Source of the DNA: Dehalococcoidia bacterium
Lineage (GTDB): Bacteria; Chloroflexota; Dehalococcoidia; Lucifugimonadales; JAGWBF01
Direction of reading: 5' to 3'
Length of the DNA stretch: 64,000 nucleotides
NCBI GenBank assembly: GCA_965197415.1
Contig: OZ240207.1
Location: 2,709,853 to 2,773,852, forward strand
Part shown: in pieces, positions 55,957-64,000 of the stretch
How the letters are laid out: each line of letters starts with the position of its first letter
How positions within the stretch are numbered: the stretch's first letter is position 1
Translations under genes and position numbers: made by a program
Notes under the pieces: generated by a model
Seen by the model: only the letters and a program-made list of their open reading frames with translations
Told to the model about the DNA's origin: nothing
Databases searched by the model: none

Positions 55957-57069
55957 ATGGAACGTCTTTCACGCCCCGAACCCCGTTTCAGCTGGTTCAT
56001 TCCCATAGATGGAGACGGCACACGGCTGGGCGCTCTCAGAGCCGAACGGCCCCCGACTTTCGACTACCTGAAGAAGGTAGTGCTTACGGCTGAAGAAGAG
56101 GGGTTCTACTCGCTCCTGATTCCCACAAGGTTCGCCAACGGACTCTTCCACGAGTCCGCGCCCCTTGCCGAGACCTGGACCACTGCGACCGCGCTGTCCG
56201 CAGTGACCAGCCGAATTCGCTTTCTCGTAGCCGTACGTCCCGGCTTCATATCGGTGGGCCTCTTTGCCCAGATGGCGGCGGCTTTCCACCAGATATCCGG
56301 AGGACGACTGGACATAAACATTGTCCCAGGGGGAATTCAGAACGACATGGAACGGCTGGGTGAAGAGTCGGACCACGACGCCAAGTACGACCGGGCCGAG
56401 GAGTTCATCGCCGCCTGCCGGCTGCTGTGGTCAGAACCAGGTCCGGTAAGCTTCCAAGGCAACTTCTACAAGCTGGAGGACGCTTACTGCGAACCCAGGC
56501 CCGAGGGAGAGCAGCCCAAGTTCTACCTGGGCGGCGTCTCGGGGTCGGCTTTGGAACTGGCCGGGCGGCAAGCCGACGTCCACCTGGGTTGGATAGAGCC
56601 CGTGGAGGCCACGGCCAAACGGATCTCGGATAGCCGCGACAGCTTCCAACGGCATGGGCGAACCCCATCCTTCGGACTGCGCACCCACCTGGTAGTCCGG
56701 GACACTGAAGCCGACGCTTGGGACACCGCTGACGATCTCATATCGCATGCCGCCCCGGAGGTCAAAGCCCAGCGCCGAGCCGCTATCGCCGGCACTCCTA
56801 TGGTTGGCCAGAAAGCCCAAGCCCAGGCTGCCCCCAACCACCGGGTAGCCGCCCACCTGTGGAACGGGCTTTCCGAGGTGCGCGTAAACTGTGGAACCGC
56901 CATCGTAGGCGACCCTGACCAAGCGGCTAAAGAGCTGGTCAAGTATTGGGAACTGGGCATTGACGAGTTCATCCTGTCGGGTTTCCCCCACGTAGAGGAG
57001 TGCCGCCGCGTGGCCTCCGAGGTAGTCCCGCTGGTCAAGCGCAGCGTCTCCAAGGTCCTGGCGGCCTAG
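55957..57069 (+). CDS. LLM-class FMNH2-dependent monooxygenase, alkanesulfonate monooxygenase (SsuD)-like
   Basis: The N-terminus FSWFIPIDGDGTRLG...YLKKVVLTAEEEGFYSLLIPT...RFLVAVRPG is collinear with the SsuD-type N-terminus. Confidence 0.8.
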   Translation: MERLSRPEPRFSWFIPIDGDGTRLGALRAERPPTFDYLKKVVLTAEEEGFYSLLIPTRFANGLFHESAPLAETWTTATALSAVTSRIRFLVAVRPGFISVGLFAQMAAAFHQISGGRLDINIVPGGIQNDMERLGEESDHDAKYDRAEEFIAACRLLWSEPGPVSFQGNFYKLEDAYCEPRPEGEQPKFYLGGVSGSALELAGRQADVHLGWIEPVEATAKRISDSRDSFQRHGRTPSFGLRTHLVVRDTEADAWDTADDLISHAAPEVKAQRRAAIAGTPMVGQKAQAQAAPNHRVAAHLWNGLSEVRVNCGTAIVGDPDQAAKELVKYWELGIDEFILSGFPHVEECRRVASEVVPLVKRSVSKVLAA

Positions 57070-57079
57070 CCTAACAGTC

Positions 57080-58291
57080 ATGCAAGAGTCAGCGCTGTCC
57101 GATATTAAAGTCCTGGACTTCTCTCACTACATAGCCGGCCCCTATTGCACGAAGCTCCTGGCCGATTACGGCGCAGACGTCATTAAAGTGGAACGTCCGG
57201 GAAGCGGAGACCGCAGCCGCAGCCTGGGTCCCTTCCCTGACGACATTCCCCACCAAGAAAAGAGCGGCCTGTTCCTGCATCTGAACACCAACAAACGCAG
57301 CGTCACCCTGGACCTCAAGACCGACGCCGGGACCGCCATCGCACTGAAACTGGCAGAGCAGGTGGATATAGTCGTAGAAAGCTTCAAGCCTGGCGCTATG
57401 GAGCGTTTCGGGCTGGGTTACGGCGCCCTCAAGGCCGTCAAGCCGGACCTTGTGTTCACGTCGGTGTCCAACTTCGGACAGACTGGGCCGTACCGAGACT
57501 GGAAGGCTTCCGAGGCTGTGATGTACGGAATGGGCGGCGACATGTACTCCACGGGCGTGGCCGAAAAAGAGCCTATCAAGCTGGGCGGCTTTGTGGGAAT
57601 GTACCAGGCTGGGGCCGTCGCCGCTTACGCAACTATGGCGGCGCTGTTCGGCGCTCGTCTGCAGGGTATGGGAGAACACGTCGACATCTCCATATTCGAG
57701 ACGCAATTGGGTTCCATAGACCGTCGCACGAGCAACCTGGTGGGGCATGTCTACACCGGGGAAGTCGCTCTCAGGACCTCCATGGGAACCTCTGGCACCA
57801 CGTCTCAGGCTTATCCCTGCGCCGACGGATACCTGGAGGCCACCGTGGCCAGGGGCTACGTGCAACGGGTTATCGGAATGCTCCGGCCCCTGGGTTACTT
57901 CCAGGAGTCGAAGTGGGACAACCCAGATACATACGGCAACCCGGAACTGCAAATCGAGGCCGAGGAGCAGTTCCTGGACTGGTGTTTGCAGCGCACCAAA
58001 ATGGAGGCCTGGCAGACCACCCAGGCCCACAAGGTGCTCACCGCGCCCCTCAACTCCATCGGTGACGCCTCTCAGGACCCGACGCTCAACGAGCGGGGCG
58101 CTTTCCAGGACGTGGACCACCCCCAGGCAGGCGCCCTGAAATACGCCGCCAGGCCCTTCATATTGCCGGAAACCCCTTGGTCGGTGCGCACCCCTCCTCC
58201 GCTGCTGGGCCAGCACACCGCCGAGGTCCTGAGCGGCCTGGGCTACAACGCTGATGACATTGTGACTCTACGACGACAGGGGGTTGTGTAG
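57080..58291 (+). CDS. family III CoA-transferase (CaiB/BaiF), first of a tandem pair
   Basis: The N-terminus IKVLDFSHYIAGPYCTKLLADYGADVIKVERPGSGD fits the family. Confidence 0.9.
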   Translation: MQESALSDIKVLDFSHYIAGPYCTKLLADYGADVIKVERPGSGDRSRSLGPFPDDIPHQEKSGLFLHLNTNKRSVTLDLKTDAGTAIALKLAEQVDIVVESFKPGAMERFGLGYGALKAVKPDLVFTSVSNFGQTGPYRDWKASEAVMYGMGGDMYSTGVAEKEPIKLGGFVGMYQAGAVAAYATMAALFGARLQGMGEHVDISIFETQLGSIDRRTSNLVGHVYTGEVALRTSMGTSGTTSQAYPCADGYLEATVARGYVQRVIGMLRPLGYFQESKWDNPDTYGNPELQIEAEEQFLDWCLQRTKMEAWQTTQAHKVLTAPLNSIGDASQDPTLNERGAFQDVDHPQAGALKYAARPFILPETPWSVRTPPPLLGQHTAEVLSGLGYNADDIVTLRRQGVV

Positions 58292-58296
58292 AAACG

Positions 58297-59586
58297 ATGC
58301 TGCCCCTTGAAGGAATACGGGTGATGGACATGACGGTGGTCTGGGCGGGGCCATATTGCACTGCTTTGCTGTCCGCCTTGGGCGCTGAGGTCATCCGCGT
58401 TGAGACTACCAATTTCTTCGTCCCTCTGACCCGCGGCATCATGGCTCGCCCGGCCAGACACCAGCTTGAGAGGTTGATGCTGTTTCAGGGAGGGCTGCCC
58501 GACCGGGAGCCGGGTCAGCGTCCCTGGAACCGCTACCCTATTTTCAATGCCCATTCCAGCAACAAATTAAGCATGACCGTGAATCTCAAGACGCCGAGAG
58601 GTCTGGAGATATTCAAGCGGCTTGTAAGCAAGTCCGACGTGCTGGTCGAGAACAATGTGACCGAGACTATGGGGAAGCTGGGCATCTCTTATGAGATGCT
58701 CAAAGAGCAGAAGAACGACTTCATCATGCTGCGCATGCCCGCCTACGGAAGCACGGGCCCCTACAGCAACTACCGGGCTTTTGGCGTCCACATTGAGGGT
58801 GTCATAGGCCACAGCGTGATGCGGGGTTACACCGACATGGACCCCTCCTCCAATACTGCAGTGTACGTGGCGGACGCCGCAGGTGGAGCCCAGGGCGCCT
58901 TCGCTGTCCTGGCCGCTCTCAACTACAGACGGCGGACGGGTAAAGGTCAGCTGGCGGAGTTGTCGTTGACAGAAAGCGCCCTCCCGTACTTTGGGGAGAT
59001 GTTTATGGACTACTTCATGAACAACCGCAACCCGGAGCGTTTGGGCAACCGGCATCCCTATGCTGTGCAAGGCTGCTATCCATGCAAAGGCGAGGACCGG
59101 TGGTTGAACATCACCATCTTCAACGACAGGGAGTGGGAAGCCTTTTGCAACGCTCTGGGAGACCCGCCGTGGGCAAAGGACGATAAGTACTCAGGAGTTG
59201 TCGAGCGCCGCCGGAACCAGGACGACCTGGACCCGTATATAGCTGAGTGGAGTCTGGGAATGGACAACATGGAAGCCGCTCGGCTTCTCCAGGAAGCCGG
59301 GGTCCCAGCCGGGCCAGTGATGGACCAGAGGGACGCGGTCAACGACCCTCATGCCAACGAGCGCGGCTTTTTCGAGGAAATCTACCAAGAAGACTGCGGC
59401 ATCCACAAATATCCGGGCGCTCCCTTCCGGTTCTCAAACACCGACACGTCCATCAGACGCGGGCCGGTCCGTCTCGGCGAGGACAACGAATACGTCTACC
59501 GGACGGTGATGGGGTACTCGGAAGAGGAGTACGCAGACTTCGTGCGTCAGGGGCACATTGGGACCGAATACGATCCGGGAGTCTAG
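58297..59586 (+). CDS. family III CoA-transferase (CaiB/BaiF), second of a tandem pair
   Basis: The N-terminus IRVMDMTVVWAGPYCTALLSALGAEVIRVE fits the family. The gene starts 5 nt after the upstream stop. Confidence 0.9.
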   Translation: MLPLEGIRVMDMTVVWAGPYCTALLSALGAEVIRVETTNFFVPLTRGIMARPARHQLERLMLFQGGLPDREPGQRPWNRYPIFNAHSSNKLSMTVNLKTPRGLEIFKRLVSKSDVLVENNVTETMGKLGISYEMLKEQKNDFIMLRMPAYGSTGPYSNYRAFGVHIEGVIGHSVMRGYTDMDPSSNTAVYVADAAGGAQGAFAVLAALNYRRRTGKGQLAELSLTESALPYFGEMFMDYFMNNRNPERLGNRHPYAVQGCYPCKGEDRWLNITIFNDREWEAFCNALGDPPWAKDDKYSGVVERRRNQDDLDPYIAEWSLGMDNMEAARLLQEAGVPAGPVMDQRDAVNDPHANERGFFEEIYQEDCGIHKYPGAPFRFSNTDTSIRRGPVRLGEDNEYVYRTVMGYSEEEYADFVRQGHIGTEYDPGV

Positions 59587-59599
59587 GCGCGCGCTTGGC

Positions 59600-60172
59600 C
59601 TAACCGGTAGGGCGGTCCCGGAACATATCCAGACTCATGGCTTGACCAGGGTTGGGTCTCCCCTCCGTCTCACCCAGCATGATTATCTCCGCGTGAACGG
59701 AGTCCTTTGTGATTTCCAGCAACCCCACCGTGCCCAACCTCAGTTCCTTCTGCCGAGGAAAGCTGGGGCTGCCGCTGTTCATCAGCATCACATTTTCTTC
59801 GCGGAGTTCGAGCCGCTCGTAGTGAGTGTGGCCGCTGATCATGATGTCGACGGGTGTCCGAAACGTTTTCTGCAGCAGTTCCACGGGCCGCTCTTCAGGA
59901 GTTAAGTCGTGAATCATCCCGATGCGCCAGCCCTCTACGTCAAGAATCTGAATCTCTTTGTGACGGTGGTCGGGGATGGGGTCATTGTTGCCCGTGGAAC
60001 AGAGGACGGGAGCGAACTGCTCGCACCAGTCCAGCACACTGTTGCCCGTCAGGTCGCCGCTGTGGAGAATCAGGTCCACTCCGGACAGGAACTCGGCAGG
60101 GGCCGGCCCCAGAGCGTCGAGAGTTCTGGCCAGAGCCGGCAGGTGCGTGTCCGTAATAACCCCGATGCGCAT
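59600..60172 (-). CDS. YfcE/MJ0936-type metallophosphoesterase
   Basis: The motifs MRIGVITDTH, HSGD, GNND and ISGHTH are present. The ATG at 60172 is preferred over the ORF extension to 60223. Confidence 0.85.
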   Translation of the reverse strand: MRIGVITDTHLPALARTLDALGPAPAEFLSGVDLILHSGDLTGNSVLDWCEQFAPVLCSTGNNDPIPDHRHKEIQILDVEGWRIGMIHDLTPEERPVELLQKTFRTPVDIMISGHTHYERLELREENVMLMNSGSPSFPRQKELRLGTVGLLEITKDSVHAEIIMLGETEGRPNPGQAMSLDMFRDRPTG

Positions 60173-60256
60173 TCCGTCCAGCCTACAGGCGACAGATGGG
60201 CAAGTCAATGAGTTGGGAGGCATCAGGTCTTGTCGTTTGCCAACCTAGGTTTGCGA

Positions 60257-61132
60257 TCAAATGGCTAGGTCCAATGGAAGGTCACTGATGTCCCTTAACC
60301 GTCTCCCTGCAACCAAGGTTTCGAACATATCGGATTGTGACTCGTCTTCCAGCGAGCCGACAGCCTCTCGTAGTTCGTACATTGCCATGTGATACACACA
60401 ATCCAAGTCTCCTGAACCTAAAGCAAGGGAGGCCAGCCTGGTTGGCATTGGTTCGCCAGTCACAACAACGATATGAGGAGTGTTGCCTTTCCTATTCCTA
60501 ATCAGATTCAGGGCTTCTGTGCGTGTGTTCTGCGCTCGGTCGCTGCGGATAGTCCATTTACATGAAATGCTCGCGTGCAGCATCGTTGTGGTTTCCGAGT
60601 TGCGTGCCCGTAGCGGTGATAAGCTGCCTGCTTCTTCGTTGTCAGCAATATATCGTTCGTTTGCATTGATGGCGACATCGGATACAGGTTCTCTCCCAAT
60701 CACGATGTCAGGAACGATCAGATAGTCTAAAGCGAATGCCGCGCGAAACTCACGGTTCTCTCGGTGTTCTTCAAGCATTTCTCGAACTGTAGCCAGATGT
60801 TCATATTGCTGGAACGCCATGATCCCGGTTTTGGCCTGTGCGGTACTGTACCGCCATTCTCCCGGACGAAGATGTGAGAGACGGGAGAATGCCTTTTCGA
60901 CGAACGCCATGGTGAGTTCTGTGAATGCAACTCCTGCCGACTGGCTTTTGGCTGGTGTGTTTGTCGCATTCAGGGCATTAGCCAGCATCGCCGAAGCTAT
61001 GATGCCGCTTACTTTACTTCCCTTGTCGGCATTGGACGCATAGGCGCCGTCCCAACCCCATACTCTGTTTTGAAGCGCCTGATGGTACCCCAGCCGAAGT
61101 TGCATCAGTAATGAGTCCGACGAGGAGCTCAT
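60257..61132 (-). CDS. type II restriction endonuclease, NgoMIV/Cfr10I/Bse634I family
   Basis: The catalytic pattern is PD(141-142)-x49-K192-x13-E206, with S-C-K-W-T-I-R-S-D-R after the catalytic Lys (the R-x-D-R CC:GG-recognition motif of this family). The gene is 291 aa and starts 3 nt downstream of the methyltransferase gene. Confidence 0.75.
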   Translation of the reverse strand: MSSSSDSLLMQLRLGYHQALQNRVWGWDGAYASNADKGSKVSGIIASAMLANALNATNTPAKSQSAGVAFTELTMAFVEKAFSRLSHLRPGEWRYSTAQAKTGIMAFQQYEHLATVREMLEEHRENREFRAAFALDYLIVPDIVIGREPVSDVAINANERYIADNEEAGSLSPLRARNSETTTMLHASISCKWTIRSDRAQNTRTEALNLIRNRKGNTPHIVVVTGEPMPTRLASLALGSGDLDCVYHMAMYELREAVGSLEDESQSDMFETLVAGRRLRDISDLPLDLAI

Positions 61133-61135
61133 GAA

Positions 61136-62410
61136 TCAATCTTTGAGCAGGCCGATGACATATTCTTCATGGATCCTTCGTTCAATGCCGGAGTTGTCGT
61201 GGTTGAATCGCGCAGGCATCATGCGCCGGTCTCTATCCAGTTCCCGCTTCTCCACGCCGACGACCTTGAATCCTTCGTGGGAGGCCAATGTCGCTAGGTG
61301 CGTATGCGTTTCGAGCGCGGCGCCTCGTATGGTTGATGGGCCAACTACAACCACGCCCGCCTTGCCGGGCTTCAGAACTCTCAGCATCTCCCCTAGGACC
61401 AGACGCATATCCGAGAAGTATTTCTCGACCACCCTGCTTTTGTGCAAGTCTGAGACGCCAATGGTACTCACCGCCGCGTATACCGAGTACGGCAAGGAAA
61501 TGCCTCTATCGGGAAGACGCTCAGCCCCAACATACTGGCTTCGTAGACTCTTCAGCGCAGGAATCGACTCCCCTAGCCATACAAGGGAAAACTTGTGAGC
61601 GCGAACGTAGTCCAGTGCATTGGCGTATGGAGGAGACGTGACGATAAGGTCAACGCTGTCGTTTGACAATGGGACCGCTCTGGAGTCCGCATGGATTACC
61701 CGTGACTGGCCTTTCTGAACGCCTTTAATGCTGTCAAAAGTCTTTATCGCGGTTGTTAGAACAGCTTGAAACCTCTTTATCGCGTTCTTGGGTTCTTTCG
61801 CGCTTACTTTGTGGGGCCGGGAGTGGGCCAAGTCGCGCGCTAGAGACACACCCCCGGACTTGGTGACGATGACTGACGAGAACAGGACTTCCAAAAGACG
61901 CCGCATTTCCAGAGACGTCACGGCTCTTATGGCCAGAACAAGCGCAGCCAGTTCATGTTGGGTCTGTGGAAGGAACCAGTAGTCTACGAACTTTCGGGTT
62001 TCCTGGTCCCAGGTCTCCGCAACACTGTCAAAAGCCCGATACCCGGCGCATAGCTCATGCGCATGAGCCAACACATTGACTCCGACCCGACTTAAGGTAT
62101 CTGAATCAACGGCGGTGGTCTTAGCCAACGACTGCCTTACCGCTAATGGGTCGAGGTCAACGCCAACGACGTTGCGTCCCAAGAGCCATCCTTCGACAAG
62201 AGTGGCCCCAGAACCTGACATAGGGTCGAGGACGGTTTCTCCAACGTCCGACAAACCTTCAATAAAGTATCGGGGCAGTCCCCCGGGGAATCTTGCGGCG
62301 TACGTGTGGAGGCCGTGGAGTTGGTTCTTAGAGTACGGAGTCTTAAATGAGAGGTCGCCGGACAACAGCCGGTGAAGGTCCCATTCAATAAGGTGTTCGG
62401 TGGTCGTCAT
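61136..62410 (-). CDS. DNA amino-methyltransferase (N4-C or N6-A), with a permuted motif order
   Basis: The AdoMet block (HTYAARFPGGLPRYFIEGLSDVGETVLDPMSGSGAT, aa 44-79) precedes the catalytic TSPPY (aa 259-263). The gene is lower in GC (hand counts of 43-50% per line). Confidence 0.8.
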   Translation of the reverse strand: MTTTEHLIEWDLHRLLSGDLSFKTPYSKNQLHGLHTYAARFPGGLPRYFIEGLSDVGETVLDPMSGSGATLVEGWLLGRNVVGVDLDPLAVRQSLAKTTAVDSDTLSRVGVNVLAHAHELCAGYRAFDSVAETWDQETRKFVDYWFLPQTQHELAALVLAIRAVTSLEMRRLLEVLFSSVIVTKSGGVSLARDLAHSRPHKVSAKEPKNAIKRFQAVLTTAIKTFDSIKGVQKGQSRVIHADSRAVPLSNDSVDLIVTSPPYANALDYVRAHKFSLVWLGESIPALKSLRSQYVGAERLPDRGISLPYSVYAAVSTIGVSDLHKSRVVEKYFSDMRLVLGEMLRVLKPGKAGVVVVGPSTIRGAALETHTHLATLASHEGFKVVGVEKRELDRDRRMMPARFNHDNSGIERRIHEEYVIGLLKD

Positions 62411-62586
62411 TCGAGAATGAATATGCGAATATCCAGGCCAGTATAGTGTTGTCGCAGACGCTAGTAAAGGAACGGATGTCTCTTTTCCCTACGTCACTGC
62501 ATTCGGTACCAACGGCATAAATTGACGCCTCAAGGCTCCTATGCTAACTTGTGTCCGTTCCATCTCGCCTACCGAAAGGAGACGCT

Positions 62587-63777
62587 ATGCCTCAGCGTAG
62601 AGAGGCCGCCGTCGTAGGCATCAACGAGTATCCGCTCCGAGTAGCCCCCGACGTCAGCTCGCTCCAGATAAAAGCCCACTCCGCGGCCAAGGCCCTGGAG
62701 GATGCCGGGCTTTACTGGGGAGACGTGGACGCCGTATACGACACCGGCGGAGACCAGTCCATCGGCGGCCTTGGCATTTCCGAATACTTTGGTATGAAGC
62801 CCAGGGTCATCGACACCACCTATGTCGGTGGGAGTTCCTTCGAATTCCTGGCCAACCACGCAGCCCTGAGCATTGCTGCGGGGAAAGCCAACGTCGCCCT
62901 CATTACCTACGGCTCCACCGCCCACTCCAACCGCCGGGCCATCGGCACCGCTGGGGCTACCGGCGTGGGAGAGCCGACCCCGTTCAACAATATGGAAGAT
63001 CCCTGGGGGCTGACACTCATCGCCAACTACGCGATGGTCAAGGCCCGCCACATGCACCAGTACGGCACCACTGAGGAGCAGTTCGCCAACATCTCCGTGG
63101 CTACTCGCCGTCACGCCATGCGCAACCCGGAGGCCGTCAAGGCAATGACCGATCTGGCCTTTGTAGGCATCGACGAGATTACGATCCAGGACGTGATAGA
63201 CTCCCGGCTCATCGCCTACCCCCTACACCTGCTGGAATGCTGCATGGTGTCGGACGGGGGAGGCGCAGTCGTGATCGCCTCCAAGGAGGCCGCAGCCAAC
63301 ACCCGCAAGAAGCCCGCCTGGATTATCGGGACCGGCGAGGCTACCAAGTATCGGGAGAACGGCGGAGACATTACGGTGAGCGCCGGGGGGCAGTCTGGAC
63401 CGATGGCTTTTGCCGACGCGGGAGTTTCTCCCTCCGAGATTGACATCCTCATGGCCTATGACTCCTTCAGCATAACCGTCATGTGCATGATCGAGGACCT
63501 GGGCTTCTGCACGAAGGGAGAGGGTGGAGCGTTCGTCAGCGACGGACGCCTCAACTTCGACGACCCCCGGAAACCCGCCATCAACACCGACGGCGGCGGT
63601 TTGTCCTCCAACCACCCGGGCCAGAGAGGAATCTTCCTGCTCATCGAGGCGGTGCGGCAGCTCCGGGGCGAGTCAACGTCCCAGATTCAAGACCCCAAGC
63701 TGGCGTGCGCCGTGGGCAACGGCGGTCAACTGGGCTCCCGCCACGCCACGGGAGTCACTATCTTAGCCGCCGATTAA
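62587..63777 (+). CDS. thiolase-fold protein (SCP-x/BbsB-like, DUF35-associated)
   Basis: The protein is thiolase-like throughout (AAVVGINEYP...NTDGGGLSSNHPG). The ATG at 62587 follows GAAAGGAG. It is followed by a DUF35 gene. Confidence 0.85.
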   Translation: MPQRREAAVVGINEYPLRVAPDVSSLQIKAHSAAKALEDAGLYWGDVDAVYDTGGDQSIGGLGISEYFGMKPRVIDTTYVGGSSFEFLANHAALSIAAGKANVALITYGSTAHSNRRAIGTAGATGVGEPTPFNNMEDPWGLTLIANYAMVKARHMHQYGTTEEQFANISVATRRHAMRNPEAVKAMTDLAFVGIDEITIQDVIDSRLIAYPLHLLECCMVSDGGGAVVIASKEAAANTRKKPAWIIGTGEATKYRENGGDITVSAGGQSGPMAFADAGVSPSEIDILMAYDSFSITVMCMIEDLGFCTKGEGGAFVSDGRLNFDDPRKPAINTDGGGLSSNHPGQRGIFLLIEAVRQLRGESTSQIQDPKLACAVGNGGQLGSRHATGVTILAAD

Positions 63778-63806
63778 GCATAGACCCACGCAAGGAGAGA
63801 TTCGAA

Positions 63807-64000
63807 ATGCCTCCACTTAGACCACAACCCCGTTTCCCCGAGCCGGACACGGAACCCTTCTGGGAAGCCACCAAGCGACACGAGCTCGCTTACCAGGACT
63901 GCAATCAGTGCAGCGAGATCGTATTCTATCCCCGGTCTCACTGCACCAAGTGCGGCTCCACGGACCTGAAATGGAACGTCTCCAGGGGTGAGGGCCAGGT
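63807..64000 (+). CDS. DUF35 zinc-ribbon/OB-fold protein (thiolase partner), 5' fragment truncated by the window end
   Basis: The segment FWEATKRHELAYQDCNQCSEIVFYPRSHCTKCGS contains the CxxC...CxxC rubredoxin-like ribbon typical of DUF35. Confidence 0.8.
   Translation, partial: MPPLRPQPRFPEPDTEPFWEATKRHELAYQDCNQCSEIVFYPRSHCTKCGSTDLKWNVSRGEGQ

Noticed and set aside
57089-58216. A 375-aa ORF antisense to the first tandem CoA-transferase
   Set aside because: The plus-strand product has the canonical CaiB N-terminus, and the antisense ORF has no motif.

Overview
This is a 64 kb stretch of high-GC bacterial chromosome; hand counts on core-gene lines give about 60% GC. I call about 65 protein-coding genes and see no rRNA, tRNA or CRISPR array by eye.

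The backbone is housekeeping and respiratory:
- recA
- a minus-strand rny-ymdB-PHP-plsY operon
- infC-rpmI-rplT
- ftsH-hflK-hflC-ctpA-smpB
- a complete caa3-type cytochrome oxidase cluster (ctaA, ctaB, coxB, coxA, coxC, coxIV, ctaG, sco)
- an assimilatory-type sulfite/nitrite reductase
- an ino1 / GT4 / CDP-alcohol phosphatidyltransferase lipid cluster

The window also shows a paralogue-rich catabolic repertoire: three luciferase-like (LLM) flavin/F420 oxidoreductases, three family-III CoA-transferases, a thiolase with a DUF35 partner, a crotonase, an SDR and a Gfo/Idh/MocA oxidoreductase. I infer a Chloroflexota origin, possibly SAR202-like, but that is inference only.

Three lower-GC patches look horizontally acquired:
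1. A 1.7 kb insertion carries a single 481-aa PIN-like protein. It is bracketed by an exact 50-nt direct repeat that duplicates the 3' end of ctaG and splits the cox/sco cluster.
2. An orphan ORC/Cdc6-like AAA+ ATPase with a C-terminal winged helix.
3. A type II restriction-modification pair: an NgoMIV/Cfr10I-family endonuclease plus a permuted amino-methyltransferase, wedged into a bbs-like CoA-transferase/thiolase cluster.

Other notable items:
- a glutaredoxin/NrdH-like ORF with an in-frame TGA exactly at the active-site Cys position, followed by a SECIS-like hairpin (candidate selenoprotein missed by the ORF track)
- an Hpt fused to a PD-(D/E)xK-like N-domain
- an HflC with four C-terminal beta-domain repeats
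- an internally duplicated membrane protein
- modular REP-like intergenic hairpins with compensatory changes
- a probable ATA start for infC
- a vapBC toxin-antitoxin pair

Many long antisense ORFs in the track are high-GC shadow ORFs and were rejected.
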